DNA of 64,000 nucleotides, filler included, from Reclinomonas americana ATCC 50394 (Eukaryota): NCBI GenBank assembly GCA_048213135.1. It is 8 parts of 5 records of this genome, joined end to end, with 100 filler letters (N's around TTAATTAATTAA, not from the genome) between each part and the next. Parts side by side here need not be neighbours in the genome. Positions count along the whole stretch, not along the records: positions 1 to 14,502 come from PS015695.1; 7 more parts are not named here. One strand, written 5' to 3'. Shown one piece after another: positions 1 to 9,522 of this stretch; position 1 is the first letter of the stretch; each line of letters opens with the position of its first letter. The translations under genes and the position numbers were made by a program. Under the pieces are notes generated by a model, which made no database searches, was not told the origin of the DNA, and worked only from the letters and a program-made list of their open reading frames with translations.

Positions 1-183
1 AAGAACCCTGCGCCGCACGATGCCGAGAAATACAAGTGGCGCAATCTGATCGAGCGACTGTTCAGCAAGCTCAAGAACTGGCGGCGCATCGCCACACGCT
101 ACGACAAGAGCAAGGAATCTTACCTCGGATTCGTCGCCATCGCCGCAGTCAAACTCTGGCTACCCTTTGTCCACGAGGCCTAG
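1..183 (+). mobile_element. IS5-family transposase, C-terminal end and right IS end (5' truncated by window)
   Basis: Frame 1 reads KYKWRNLIERLFSKLKNWRRIATRYDK...AVKLWL, the IS5-family Y-x2-R-x3-E-x6-K and RxxTRYDK signature. The stop lies in the terminal ...TTTGTCCACGAGGCCTAG. Confidence 0.9.
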
Positions 184-783
184 TGCGATTCCGTCTTAGG
201 AGGGCTGGCGCGTCGGCTTAGCTTCTGATCGTCTCCAGGGAAGTGTGTTTGCCGAAATTGGCGCGCATGAACAGCGCTAGACATTGATTAACCAGGCGGC
301 TGTCGGGCGCCCCCTGCCTCAAACTTGCATGCCCGACTAGAAGCGCTTTCGGTTTGGGGAAGGGGAGAGCGATTGATCTGGCGGTAGGCATTGTTTCGGT
401 CGCAGCTGACCGGGTGAGCATATGCCAACCCGCCATCCAGGTGCCTGCCTTACGGCTAGGGCCAATGATCAGCCTTGATCCTTACTTCAGGAACCCCGCC
501 ACACAGCGCACTTTCTATTGCCGCGGAGTCGGGTGCCCGGATTTCAAATTGGAAACCCTACTTAGCCGATTAGCGTCGTTTGAATGCCTCCAGATGGCGC
601 ACGGCGACAGGCGCTTTCAAGAAAGTTGCTTGTTCAAAAAATATCCGGTGGAAAATTCAGTGTTTAATACTCGGAGCACCTAGCGTGGCCGAATATTTTC
701 CGGCGTTTATCCGTTCTCGCACGGGGTGGGGCTCATATCTCAGCTGCTAAACCGTCTGGTTATCGGTAGGGCAGCGTCGATCA

Positions 784-2214
784 ATGAGCAGTGACATACA
801 GGGCTTCATTGCTACTTTTCTTGCGGAAATCGACGCCGGCAACGCTGCGATTTTTGCGGGCGCCGGCCTATCGGCTCCGGCCGGCTTTGTCGACTGGGCC
901 AACCTGATCCGTCCGCTTGCCGAAGAGCTTCACCTCGACGTCGAGAAGGAAAGCGATCTGGTCGCTGTCGCGCAATTCCATGTGAACGCCAACCATCAGA
1001 ACAGGCATGCCCTTCATACTGCCATCGTCAACGCTTTCTCGGCGGATAACCCGCCAACCCGCAATCATCGACTTTTGGCACGGCTTCCGATCACGACCTA
1101 CTGGACGACGAACTACGACCGACTAATCGAGACGGCGTTGAGAGACGCAGGAAAGATTGTCGACGTCAAATGGGCTGTGCCACAGTTGGCAAACACGCAG
1201 CCTCGACGCGATGCTATCGTCTACAAAATGCATGGTGATGTTGAGCGTCCCGATGAGGCTGTAGCGACGCGAGATGATTACGAGCGGTATGTTAGTGACC
1301 GAGGGGCATTCATAAACGCGCTGGCCGGCGATCTCGTCTCGAAAACATTCTTATTTTTAGGTTTTAGCTTCACGGATCCAAATCTTGAGCAAGTGTTGGC
1401 TCGAGTACGGATCACATACAAGGACAATCAGCGGCGCCACTTTGCGATTTTTCGCAACAGGACACGCCGCAAGGGCGAGAGTAAAGCCGCGTTCGAGTAC
1501 GGAAAAATTCGCCAAGCGCTGGTGCTCGAAGACCTGAAACGCTTCAACATCCGCCCTGTGCTGGTCGACGAGTACAGCGAAATCACCACGATACTGACTG
1601 AAATCGAACGGCAGTACCGTAGCCGCACCGTTTTCGTTTCATCGAGCGCAAGTGATTTTGCCCCTTGGGGGGAGCCGGCCGTCGCTAGCTTCATGCGCAC
1701 ACTTGGTTCCGCTTTGATCTCGGCAAAGTCTCGCATTGCGACGGGCATGGGTCTCGGCGTCGGTAATGCGCTGTTTACCGGCGCGCTCGAGGCGGTTTAC
1801 GCCGACCGCCAAAGTCATCTCGAAGACCGGATCGTGATGCGCCCGTTTCCGCAATACATCGCCGACGAAGCGAGGCGGAAGGAAATCTGGGAAACCTATC
1901 GTCAGGAAATAATTTCGTCAGCGGGCATCGCGCTGTTCCTGTTCGGAAACAAGAAGGCCGATGAGAGCACGGTTATTGCGGACGGAATGATCCGCGAATT
2001 CGAGATCGCCCGCCAACACGGTCTCACCTGCCTTCCCGTCGGAGCTACTGGCTATGCCGCCGCGGAGTTGGCCGATCGCTTGATCGGGAGTGGTGCTGAT
2101 GGAGACGCGATGTTGCTGGCGGTCCTGAAGGAGCTCCGCGACCCGCGCGAGAATCTCAACGAGCTTATCGACCCGATCCTGAAATTTGCCGCGGCTGCGC
2201 GAAAGGCACGATAA
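784..2214 (+). CDS. thsA: Thoeris effector ThsA (SIR2 NADase plus C-terminal SLOG/STALD domain)
   Basis: SIR2 motifs FAGAGLS, TTNYD, KMHGD and FLGFSF. The C-terminal SLOG-like part has TGMGLGVG, RPFPQ, FLFGNK and PVGATG. Followed directly by TIR genes. Confidence 0.92.
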   Translation: MSSDIQGFIATFLAEIDAGNAAIFAGAGLSAPAGFVDWANLIRPLAEELHLDVEKESDLVAVAQFHVNANHQNRHALHTAIVNAFSADNPPTRNHRLLARLPITTYWTTNYDRLIETALRDAGKIVDVKWAVPQLANTQPRRDAIVYKMHGDVERPDEAVATRDDYERYVSDRGAFINALAGDLVSKTFLFLGFSFTDPNLEQVLARVRITYKDNQRRHFAIFRNRTRRKGESKAAFEYGKIRQALVLEDLKRFNIRPVLVDEYSEITTILTEIERQYRSRTVFVSSSASDFAPWGEPAVASFMRTLGSALISAKSRIATGMGLGVGNALFTGALEAVYADRQSHLEDRIVMRPFPQYIADEARRKEIWETYRQEIISSAGIALFLFGNKKADESTVIADGMIREFEIARQHGLTCLPVGATGYAAAELADRLIGSGADGDAMLLAVLKELRDPRENLNELIDPILKFAAAARKAR

Positions 2215-2218
2215 GCCG

Positions 2219-2836
2219 ATGCACAAAGTCTTCATCAGCTATCACCACGCCAATGACCAGTGGGCCAAGAACCAGTTGCAGCAATGGGCCTATCAATATG
2301 GTCTCTTCCTTGACGTCTCCGTTGACACGAACGATGTCAACGAAGGACTTCCCACTGAAAGCATCCGCCGGATCATCCGAGATGATTATCTTATGGATTC
2401 GAGCGTCACGATTGTTCTGGTCGGTGTTGAGACTTGGGGCAGGAAACACGTCGACTGGGAGATCTACTCCAGCATGTATGATGGGGCGGTCAATAAGAAG
2501 TCCGGAATCCTGGTTGTTCAACTCCCGTCCGTCTCCCCCCAATATTGGACGGCGGCGCACGAGGTCGAGAAAAGTACCGTTTATCCCGATTGCACCTCGT
2601 GGAGCACCATTACGGACCGGGCGGAATATGAGCGGCGCTACCCGTATTTGCCTGCCCGCATAATTGACAATTTGCTGGCTCCGAAAGCGAAGGTATCCGT
2701 CACGACTTGGGACCGTATCGCGGGAGACTTGAACAATCTCGTGACGATGATAGACGCGGCTTATAACGATCGAATGTCATGCGAATACGATCTTTCGCGG
2801 CCGATGCGCTCGAAAAACGCACCGGCATTCATTTAA
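2219..2836 (+). CDS. thsB: Thoeris TIR protein ThsB (DUF1863/MTH538-like TIR)
   Basis: ATG 4 nt after the thsA stop; HKVFISYHH, VTIVLVG and RKHVDWEI with the catalytic Glu. Confidence 0.88.
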   Translation: MHKVFISYHHANDQWAKNQLQQWAYQYGLFLDVSVDTNDVNEGLPTESIRRIIRDDYLMDSSVTIVLVGVETWGRKHVDWEIYSSMYDGAVNKKSGILVVQLPSVSPQYWTAAHEVEKSTVYPDCTSWSTITDRAEYERRYPYLPARIIDNLLAPKAKVSVTTWDRIAGDLNNLVTMIDAAYNDRMSCEYDLSRPMRSKNAPAFI

Positions 2837-2914
2837 GCCTGAGCTTGAATTTCAGCGAATCTGTTGGCCGCTGAGCGGCGGATAATAAGACGTAAGAAAA
2901 TTTAGGGAGAACCG

Positions 2915-3484
2915 GTGTCCACGTTCACGGAAAGCCGCATCAGGAGGCGTGCGCAACAGAAGGTCGGAACCTCAAGGACGGCGAAGGCTGTTCTCACGGA
3001 GGAGGTCGCGACAGCAAAAGCCAAGACGAGCTTCGACATTTTTCTCAGTCATTCGACGGCCGACGCTGAGATCATTCTTGGCGTCAAAGGTGTTCTGGAG
3101 GATTATGGAAAATCGGTCTATGTCGACTGGCTCGAAGATCCACAGTTGGACAGAAGCAATGTCACTCCGGCGACTGCTGAAGTTATTAGGGCTCGAATGC
3201 GCCAGTGCGAGTCACTCGTCTATGTGCACTCCACAAATTCGGGATCGTCTAAATGGATGCCTTGGGAATTGGGATTCTTCGATGGCTTCAACGGGGCAGT
3301 GGCGATACTTCCTGTAACGAAGGTTGAGCAATACCGCTACGAAGGCCAGGAATATCTGGGCATCTATCCGTATCTGGACGAGGCGCCGGCTCAGGGTAGC
3401 GAGGTCAATCAAATGTGGGTCAACAGAAGTTCGAAATCTCGGCAATGGAACACCTGGGTCATTGATCCCAAAACATTTCGCTAG
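2915..3484 (+). CDS. thsB: second TIR-domain protein (ThsB-like)
   Basis: GTG start after AGGGAG; FDIFLSHS, VYVDW and SKWMPWELG TIR motifs. Confidence 0.82.
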   Translation: MSTFTESRIRRRAQQKVGTSRTAKAVLTEEVATAKAKTSFDIFLSHSTADAEIILGVKGVLEDYGKSVYVDWLEDPQLDRSNVTPATAEVIRARMRQCESLVYVHSTNSGSSKWMPWELGFFDGFNGAVAILPVTKVEQYRYEGQEYLGIYPYLDEAPAQGSEVNQMWVNRSSKSRQWNTWVIDPKTFR

Positions 3485-3677
3485 GTGAGCTAGGCGCCTT
3501 AGCCGGGCCCCTTCAAAGTTTGTCGGAGAACATCGTCGGAACCCCTTTGGCTCCGGCAAAACTGATCGTAGCAATAATCAGAATTGTCACTGCGCGAATG
3601 AGATCTCTGCAATGTCACATCTGGAACGGCGCGCGAGGCTCAAAGAGCATCCGCCACACGACTGCCTTTCCCGCCTC

Positions 3678-3908
3678 TCATTTCTCGCGCATGGCGCGCC
3701 CGTTCTGGATGAACAAGCTCAATAGGTTTGCATGCCCCCGAGCATCATCGATAGCTCGGTGGGTGTGCTCGACCTCACCCAGCCATTCGGGCGGATAATG
3801 CGCGACATCGCATTCCCAGCGGCCACGACTCGTACCGCCAGCGACCATCGACATTAGGCGCAGAGGCCCACGCCGGAAGAGGCAATCGGAAGTCGCCGAG
3901 AAACGCAA
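3678..3908 (-). pseudogene. C-terminal remnant of a DEDDh 3'-5' exonuclease
   Basis: YPPEWLGEVEHTHRAIDDARGHANLL carries the ExoIII H-x-A-x2-D motif. No ExoI/II part is present because the carbamoyltransferase stop (3918) abuts it. Confidence 0.55.
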
Positions 3909-3917
3909 CCCTTCTCG

Positions 3918-5522
3918 TCAAAAATGGTCGCGCAGATAATTTTGGTACCCAACGGACGTTTTTAACATGTAGATGTGCCCGTTGACTACGAACCCGTCTA
4001 ATTGATGGCTCTTCACATAAGATGAGATATCTGAAATAGAGTTTATAAAGCCTTTGTTCTTAAAGTTTAAGGATGTATTGCATAGAACTCCATAGTTTGT
4101 TAGCGATTTGAATGCTGTTAACAGTTCAAACAGCGGAAAATTGCTTGCAGAAGACACGGTTTGAAGGCGGGCTGTTCGGTTCACATGGGTAACTGCTGCA
4201 AGCTTATCAGTGGAGGCCTTATAGGTATAAAGCATGAATGGGCTCGCCTGATCGCATCCAAACCATTTTTTAGCGTCATTTTCCAAGCAGACAGGCGCGA
4301 TCGGACGAAACTGCTCCCGCTGCTTGATGACGTTCAGTCGCTCTCTGGTGCTGGCTTTAAAAGGTGCCGCCAAGATGGAGCGATTACCAAGAGCGCGGGG
4401 TCCGATTTCACAACGACCGCTTATCCACCCCAAGATCAGGTCACTTGCCAACATTGCGGCTGCGGTCGTAACGCTCGGCTCCCAATGGTCAAACTGAGAG
4501 CTATCGACAGCTTCGTCGGACTGAAAGTGCGGGCCAGAGTATACGTCCCACGCAATCTTTGGGTCGCCAGTCAAATGAAACTGCGCGTCGACGGCAGTGC
4601 CAATCGCCGATCCCGAGTCGTTCGCCACCGGGGGGACGAACACATCGCTGAATAATCCTGAATTTCTCCACTTAGTGTTCCAGTCGCAGTTTAATCCGCA
4701 TCCCCCCGCGATCAACAGCGGCATTCCTCGTTTCAATTTTGTCTCAGCAAACTGATGAAAGCGGTCGAACAATCGGTCGCTAAAGATGCCTGCAAAATTT
4801 CGGAATTCCGGATCGTCCAGCCCAACGTTGTAGTGTGAGAACTCTTTCAAGACTTCACAATCGCGAGGTTTAAGATGCTTGCAATCCTGCAGCAGAAAAG
4901 ACGTAATCGCTAGCTCCTCGCTGGAAGGCAGACTTCTTTTCGAGTACGAGGCGAGTGCCATAAGTTTCCCGGCATCGGATAAACGGGAAAATTCTGCAGT
5001 GTTTTTGTCGAAAGTAGGGTCTGCCAATGCGTAAAGCATGGCGTAGCGATGGCCAGGTTCTGGCATCACATCAGCAATCTTCGTGATATTGAGTTCAGCA
5101 TCGATCTCGTAGAATGCACCGATGACGCCTTCCCAGAGCAAGGCGTAGCACGGATTCCCCCTCGGCAGGTTCGACATCCCAAACGCGCACAAAAGATGCG
5201 ACCGTTCATGGGACGAAGAAAAGACGTCGATCGTTTTGCCCAAAAAGTTCCTCTTGCTGACGATCACCTGATCGTTGTTACTGCCGTGGTAATCAGATAC
5301 CGGCTCACCCCCATTCGAAGCGTCGCCGGGCCACCAGCCGCCTCTACATAGCACGTCGGGAATGGCATGAAGCCCGGCAAGTGCGTCGAATGCGTCGGGG
5401 ACCGACAGCGGCGAATGCCGGTACTTCGAGCTCTTCTCGGCCTCAAAGGAGAATACCAAGCGGCGGTCTTCGAGATAGGCAAATGCACCGTCATGGCCCG
5501 GATTGTAAGAAAGTATCTTCAT
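3918..5522 (-). CDS. carbamoyltransferase, CmcH/NodU/TobZ family
   Basis: Starts MKILSYNPGHDG with an ATGA overlap. Motifs HERSH, GKLMALA, AGGCGLNCDWN, NDSGSAIG, EIGPRALGNRS, KQREQFRP, ARLQTV and NTSLN. Confidence 0.93.
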   Translation of the reverse strand: MKILSYNPGHDGAFAYLEDRRLVFSFEAEKSSKYRHSPLSVPDAFDALAGLHAIPDVLCRGGWWPGDASNGGEPVSDYHGSNNDQVIVSKRNFLGKTIDVFSSSHERSHLLCAFGMSNLPRGNPCYALLWEGVIGAFYEIDAELNITKIADVMPEPGHRYAMLYALADPTFDKNTAEFSRLSDAGKLMALASYSKRSLPSSEELAITSFLLQDCKHLKPRDCEVLKEFSHYNVGLDDPEFRNFAGIFSDRLFDRFHQFAETKLKRGMPLLIAGGCGLNCDWNTKWRNSGLFSDVFVPPVANDSGSAIGTAVDAQFHLTGDPKIAWDVYSGPHFQSDEAVDSSQFDHWEPSVTTAAAMLASDLILGWISGRCEIGPRALGNRSILAAPFKASTRERLNVIKQREQFRPIAPVCLENDAKKWFGCDQASPFMLYTYKASTDKLAAVTHVNRTARLQTVSSASNFPLFELLTAFKSLTNYGVLCNTSLNFKNKGFINSISDISSYVKSHQLDGFVVNGHIYMLKTSVGYQNYLRDHF

Positions 5523-8455
5523 ACTGAAACTCCGCTGAAAGCCGGGCTTTCCGGGGCTTCGAGACCCGTAGCCATATTTTTGAGTGTCGATGGGCCGTAG
5601 GCCCGAGCTCGCATCGATTGGACGTGGGTCATGGTTGGAAGTCGGCGAGTGTCGAGGCGCCCCGCAAGCTGAGAGGAGCGAGAGGGCCAAGTGTTGAAAT
5701 GCAATTTCATGGGCAGGTGCGGGATCGGAGTTGGATCCCAAAGCACACGTCGGTGGACGAGTAAGTCATCCACAAACCACCGAATCTCGAATGGGGTCCA
5801 TTCGATGGCATACTTATGCATGCCCTTAGAAGCATCGAATCCCAGTTCGATGTAGCTTGGAGAACCTCGATAGCCGTAGTCGAACTTGGCGCCCTCGTAG
5901 CCTGGGTTATAGAAGACATTCACGATTAGGCGGTGCGGCTTATTGCCGACTATCTCAACGTCAATTTCCTGGTGCGGCGAGTTGCGGTGAAGGAAGAACC
6001 CGGTGACCACCCCCGGCGCGTCCGACGCTTGGAAAAATGCTTCGAACCTCCCAAAAAGATAGTCGGCATGGCTGGTCAGAGCGCCTGCGCTGTATTGTCG
6101 AACTCCTAGCTCTTCGCGGCGAACGTGTATCGTCGCCCCCTCAAAACCATTGAGCTCGACGTTCTGAGGACGGAACAGCGCCAAGTTGCCAGTGAACGTG
6201 TCTGATCGGAGGGACCAGCGCAGCGGGTTGAGCTCGCCGGAACCATCATCCACGTCGACCCAACTTTCCACACCCTCAGGCGCGAGGGGTGCGATCTGAA
6301 TTCCAGGCCAATCGCGGTGATCCTGTTCGACAACCCATGGGGACCGATCCCACTTGGGTGTTGTGCGCTTATCGGCCAGGACAGGTTGCCCGTACGTTTC
6401 GACGATATGCCGCCGCCCCAGATCATCCAGCCTTGGAAACGAGCACAAAGGTGGCACGCTCCTAAGGTGCTCGCAGAGATGCCGCCAAGCGTTAGCGTTG
6501 CTGGGATCAAGCACGATGACGTCCGCGCCATCGAGGCTCGCTAGAATGTCTAGGACGTTTTGGCTTTCAAGATCACTTGGATGCGCGGTTACTATGAACT
6601 TGGCTTGTGGATAGCCGCGTCGAAGGCTCTCGACCAATGGGTCGAGACACCCCACGTTGACGTACGCATTAAAGACCCGATCAGAACCGCCCTCTCGAAG
6701 CTCCTGCAATTCGCGGCAGGGCAGACCTTCTAGNNNNNNNNNNNNNNNNNNNNNNNNNNNNNNNNNNNNNNNNNNNNNNNNNNNNNNNNNNNNNNNNNNN
6801 NNNNNNNNNNNNNNNNNNNNNNNNNNNNNNNNNNNNNNNNNNNNNNNNNNNNNNNNNNNNNNNNNNNNNNNNNNNNNNNNNNNNNNNNNNNNNNNNNNNN
6901 NNNNNNNNNNNNNNNNNNNNNNNNNNNNNNNNNNNNNNNNNNNNNNNNNNNNNNNNNNNNNNNNNNNNNNNNNNNNNNNNNNNNNNNNNNNNNNNNNNNN
7001 NNNNNNNNNNNNNNNNNNNNNNNNNNNNNNNNNNNNNNNNNNNNNNNNNNNNNNNNNNNNNNNNNNNNNNNNNNNNNNNNNNNNNNNNNNNNNNNNNNNN
7101 NNNNNNNNNNNNNNNNNNNNNNNNNNNNNNNNNNNNNNNNNNNNNNNNNNNNNNNNNNNNNNNNNNNNNNNNNNNNNNNNNNNNNNNNNNNNNNNNNNNN
7201 NNNNNNNNNNNNNNNNNNNNNNNNNNNNNNNNNNNNNNNNNNNNNNNNNNNNNNNNNNNNNNNNNNNNNNNNNNNNNNNNNNNNNNNNNNNNNNNNNNNN
7301 NNNNNNNNNNNNNNNNNNNNNNNNNNNNNNNNNNNNNNNNNNNNNNNNNNNNNNNNNNNNNNNNNNNNNNNNNNNNNNNNNNNNNNNNNNNNNNNNNNNN
7401 NNNNNNNNNNNNNNNNNNNNNNNNNNNNNNCAGCCTGCTAGATCGCTGCAGCATCGGTACCCAAGCATGGACAATGCCATTGCTAGGGATGAAAGCCCCG
7501 AATTGGCTGGACCAAATGCAAACACAGGCAACTGCGTCGGACGAGTGCTAAATAGGGCTGCGCCCTCGCTGTCGATCGCGCCGATCGTGGAGAGCGTTGG
7601 GAGGATCGAATACGAGTTGGTAGAAGTGGCATCGTTTCTTTGGTAAACAATGGCGCGCCTTGTCGCTAATACGTTCAGTGAACTGAACTGATGGTTTATC
7701 CAAAGATCTACTGGGCCACGGCACGGTAGCAATCTAAGAAGTTTCTCAGCGCCTTGACGTGAAAGAATATATCCCGATAGATACCATAGCCCACGCACCG
7801 GCCTGAACACGCTGCTTGTCATGAACGATTTTGGAGAACCGTTTTTTACCTCTAGATATGATACGTAAAGGACATCGACGTTCTCATGCTCTTTACTGAG
7901 AGCTGCGAGTTCTTTCCACGCTCGGTCAATTTGACGGGCAAATTTTGGATGAAACCAAACGTCGTCCTCTAGGATGAGAACGTGCTCTTGCGTTCCTTGC
8001 GCTATTCGTCTCCAAACCTCAATGTGTGACTTTGCAACAGCGACTTCAGCCCTACTCATCCGGATCGGTGCTTCAAGCTCGAACCGGGTTGGCAATGTCC
8101 GAGGCTGCGGCTCAACAAAAAGCTGATCTGCCAGGGTGTAGTAGGGATCCACATCTTCGTCTTTGACCGGATCCCGCTCAAAATTCCTTGCGTCCAGAGC
8201 GGCATGCCGTTCGGTGAGGCTGAGAAGATGATTTCCACCCTCGTCCTGTATGCGTCTAAGCTCCTTCTGAAGGCGGGACCATCGATCCGGCTCGCGATCA
8301 AGGTTGATCACGTAGATCTTCCCGATCGTCTCCGCACCTGAACCGCTTGGCGGCCCGAACGATTCTGAAGTTTGCTTCGGAAGGATTCTACGAAGGCCGT
8401 GTCCCAGGCGAGACACCAGGCGAAGGATAGTCAGCGGCGTCTGGGCTAGATTCAT
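5519..8455 (-). CDS. fusion of GT25 glycosyltransferase, sulfotransferase-like domain and GH16 glycoside hydrolase; interrupted by an N gap/probable IS
   Basis: GT25: IYVINLDREPDRW, SHIEVW, ILEDDV. Sulfotransferase-like: FGPANSGLSSLAMALSMLGY, YPQAKFIVT, WRHLCEHL. GH16: GVVTGFF and the EIDVE catalytic motif. ATGA overlaps at both ends. Confidence 0.85.
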   Translation of the reverse strand: MNLAQTPLTILRLVSRLGHGLRRILPKQTSESFGPPSGSGAETIGKIYVINLDREPDRWSRLQKELRRIQDEGGNHLLSLTERHAALDARNFERDPVKDEDVDPYYTLADQLFVEPQPRTLPTRFELEAPIRMSRAEVAVAKSHIEVWRRIAQGTQEHVLILEDDVWFHPKFARQIDRAWKELAALSKEHENVDVLYVSYLEVKNGSPKSFMTSSVFRPVRGLWYLSGYILSRQGAEKLLRLLPCRGPVDLWINHQFSSLNVLATRRAIVYQRNDATSTNSYSILPTLSTIGAIDSEGAALFSTRPTQLPVFAFGPANSGLSSLAMALSMLGYRCCSDLAGXXXXXXXXXXXXXXXXXXXXXXXXXXXXXXXXXXXXXXXXXXXXXXXXXXXXXXXXXXXXXXXXXXXXXXXXXXXXXXXXXXXXXXXXXXXXXXXXXXXXXXXXXXXXXXXXXXXXXXXXXXXXXXXXXXXXXXXXXXXXXXXXXXXXXXXXXXXXXXXXXXXXXXXXXXXXXXXXXXXXXXXXXXXXXXXXXXXXXXXXXXXXXXXXXXXXXXXXXXXXXXXXXXXXXXXXXLEGLPCRELQELREGGSDRVFNAYVNVGCLDPLVESLRRGYPQAKFIVTAHPSDLESQNVLDILASLDGADVIVLDPSNANAWRHLCEHLRSVPPLCSFPRLDDLGRRHIVETYGQPVLADKRTTPKWDRSPWVVEQDHRDWPGIQIAPLAPEGVESWVDVDDGSGELNPLRWSLRSDTFTGNLALFRPQNVELNGFEGATIHVRREELGVRQYSAGALTSHADYLFGRFEAFFQASDAPGVVTGFFLHRNSPHQEIDVEIVGNKPHRLIVNVFYNPGYEGAKFDYGYRGSPSYIELGFDASKGMHKYAIEWTPFEIRWFVDDLLVHRRVLWDPTPIPHLPMKLHFNTWPSRSSQLAGRLDTRRLPTMTHVQSMRARAYGPSTLKNMATGLEAPESPAFSGVSV
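6730..7441. mobile_element. probable unassembled IS inserted at a CTAG target
   Basis: CTAG at 6730-6733 and 7438-7441 flank the gap, and CAGCCTG precedes the second CTAG. Removing 6734-7441 gives a continuous reading ...YRCCSD-LEGLPCRE... Confidence 0.6.
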
Positions 8456-9324
8456 TGGGCGTCCGCATGCGGAGTTGCGCGGTAGGCCTGTTGATTGGAC
8501 AGCCTCCAGTTCCTTGAATCGTTGCGGTAACTCAGTGGCCACTGGCTGGTGGATACCAGCTCCCAGTCATGAGCGACCATCATTGCTCCAGGCGAACATC
8601 CCTCGCTTATGACTTCGAATACCGATCGTGTGAGATTTCCCGGCCCGGTCGTTGCCTGAACCTCGGGCAGCCCGTTCGAGCTGTCCGCTTCCAGAGAGGC
8701 CGTGGCGTTCAACAACGCTCTTTCAACAATGGGGTGATTGCGAGACGCGATTAGAGGCGTCGTATTGAAGTAAAAAATCCACCCTGGTTGATTGGCGCCC
8801 GGCTCTGTGAAGATGGACGGGGCCACCATTTGAGCCGTTGCGATGTCGTAGCAGAACGGCTGAAGCTTGAGTCGTCGATCCGCGAAAAGGTGGTCGATCG
8901 AGGTTCCGTGGTAAACATCGTCGGCGTCGATATAGAAACCACCTTCAACAAGAACATACGAATAACGGAAATAATCGGACATCATTGACGGATGGTAGCA
9001 CGCGTTGAAAGCGTTCTCGTAGCGATTTCCCAGCCGGGTTCGGATGAACATGCTTGCAGAACTCCTGTCGAACACCTCCAGTTCGAATCCGCTCCGCTCT
9101 AGCTGTTTCCAGGAGTTCATGCAGGCTTTGACGTCCTCAGGTAATCGCTGCAGATCATCCCAGAACTGAACAATACGCTTTGGCGTCGACCCCGACCAAG
9201 TCATCGGATCGAGTGGAGAGGGGGCACGCCGCTGCACCATGTCTCGCACGAAGTTAGAGCGCGCACGTTCCGCAGGCTCCAGTGGATCGGCGTCGAGAGC
9301 CTGGTCCGCTCTTGCTTCGTTCAT
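8452..9324 (-). CDS. DXD glycosyltransferase, GT32/OCH1-like
   Basis: PKRIVQFWD, MSDYFRY, GGFYIDADD and TTGPGNLT; AAGGGG RBS before the ATG at 9324. Confidence 0.82.
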   Translation of the reverse strand: MNEARADQALDADPLEPAERARSNFVRDMVQRRAPSPLDPMTWSGSTPKRIVQFWDDLQRLPEDVKACMNSWKQLERSGFELEVFDRSSASMFIRTRLGNRYENAFNACYHPSMMSDYFRYSYVLVEGGFYIDADDVYHGTSIDHLFADRRLKLQPFCYDIATAQMVAPSIFTEPGANQPGWIFYFNTTPLIASRNHPIVERALLNATASLEADSSNGLPEVQATTGPGNLTRSVFEVISEGCSPGAMMVAHDWELVSTSQWPLSYRNDSRNWRLSNQQAYRATPHADAQ

Positions 9325-9522
9325 TTGCGCTGTCCCCTTTTTCAAGTTTCTGATCATCAATGAGCGATCGCACGCCAGTGCAGCCTGGTTGTGCCAACGG
9401 CCCTTCGGAGCGCTTGCCTCGTGCTTCGTACAGCTGTCAGGCGCTGCGAGTTGGCTTGGGTGCGAGGTGCCAGCCGCGCTACCACTATCAAAAAACCGCC
9501 AGCAATCGAGGTCGCTGCTGGC

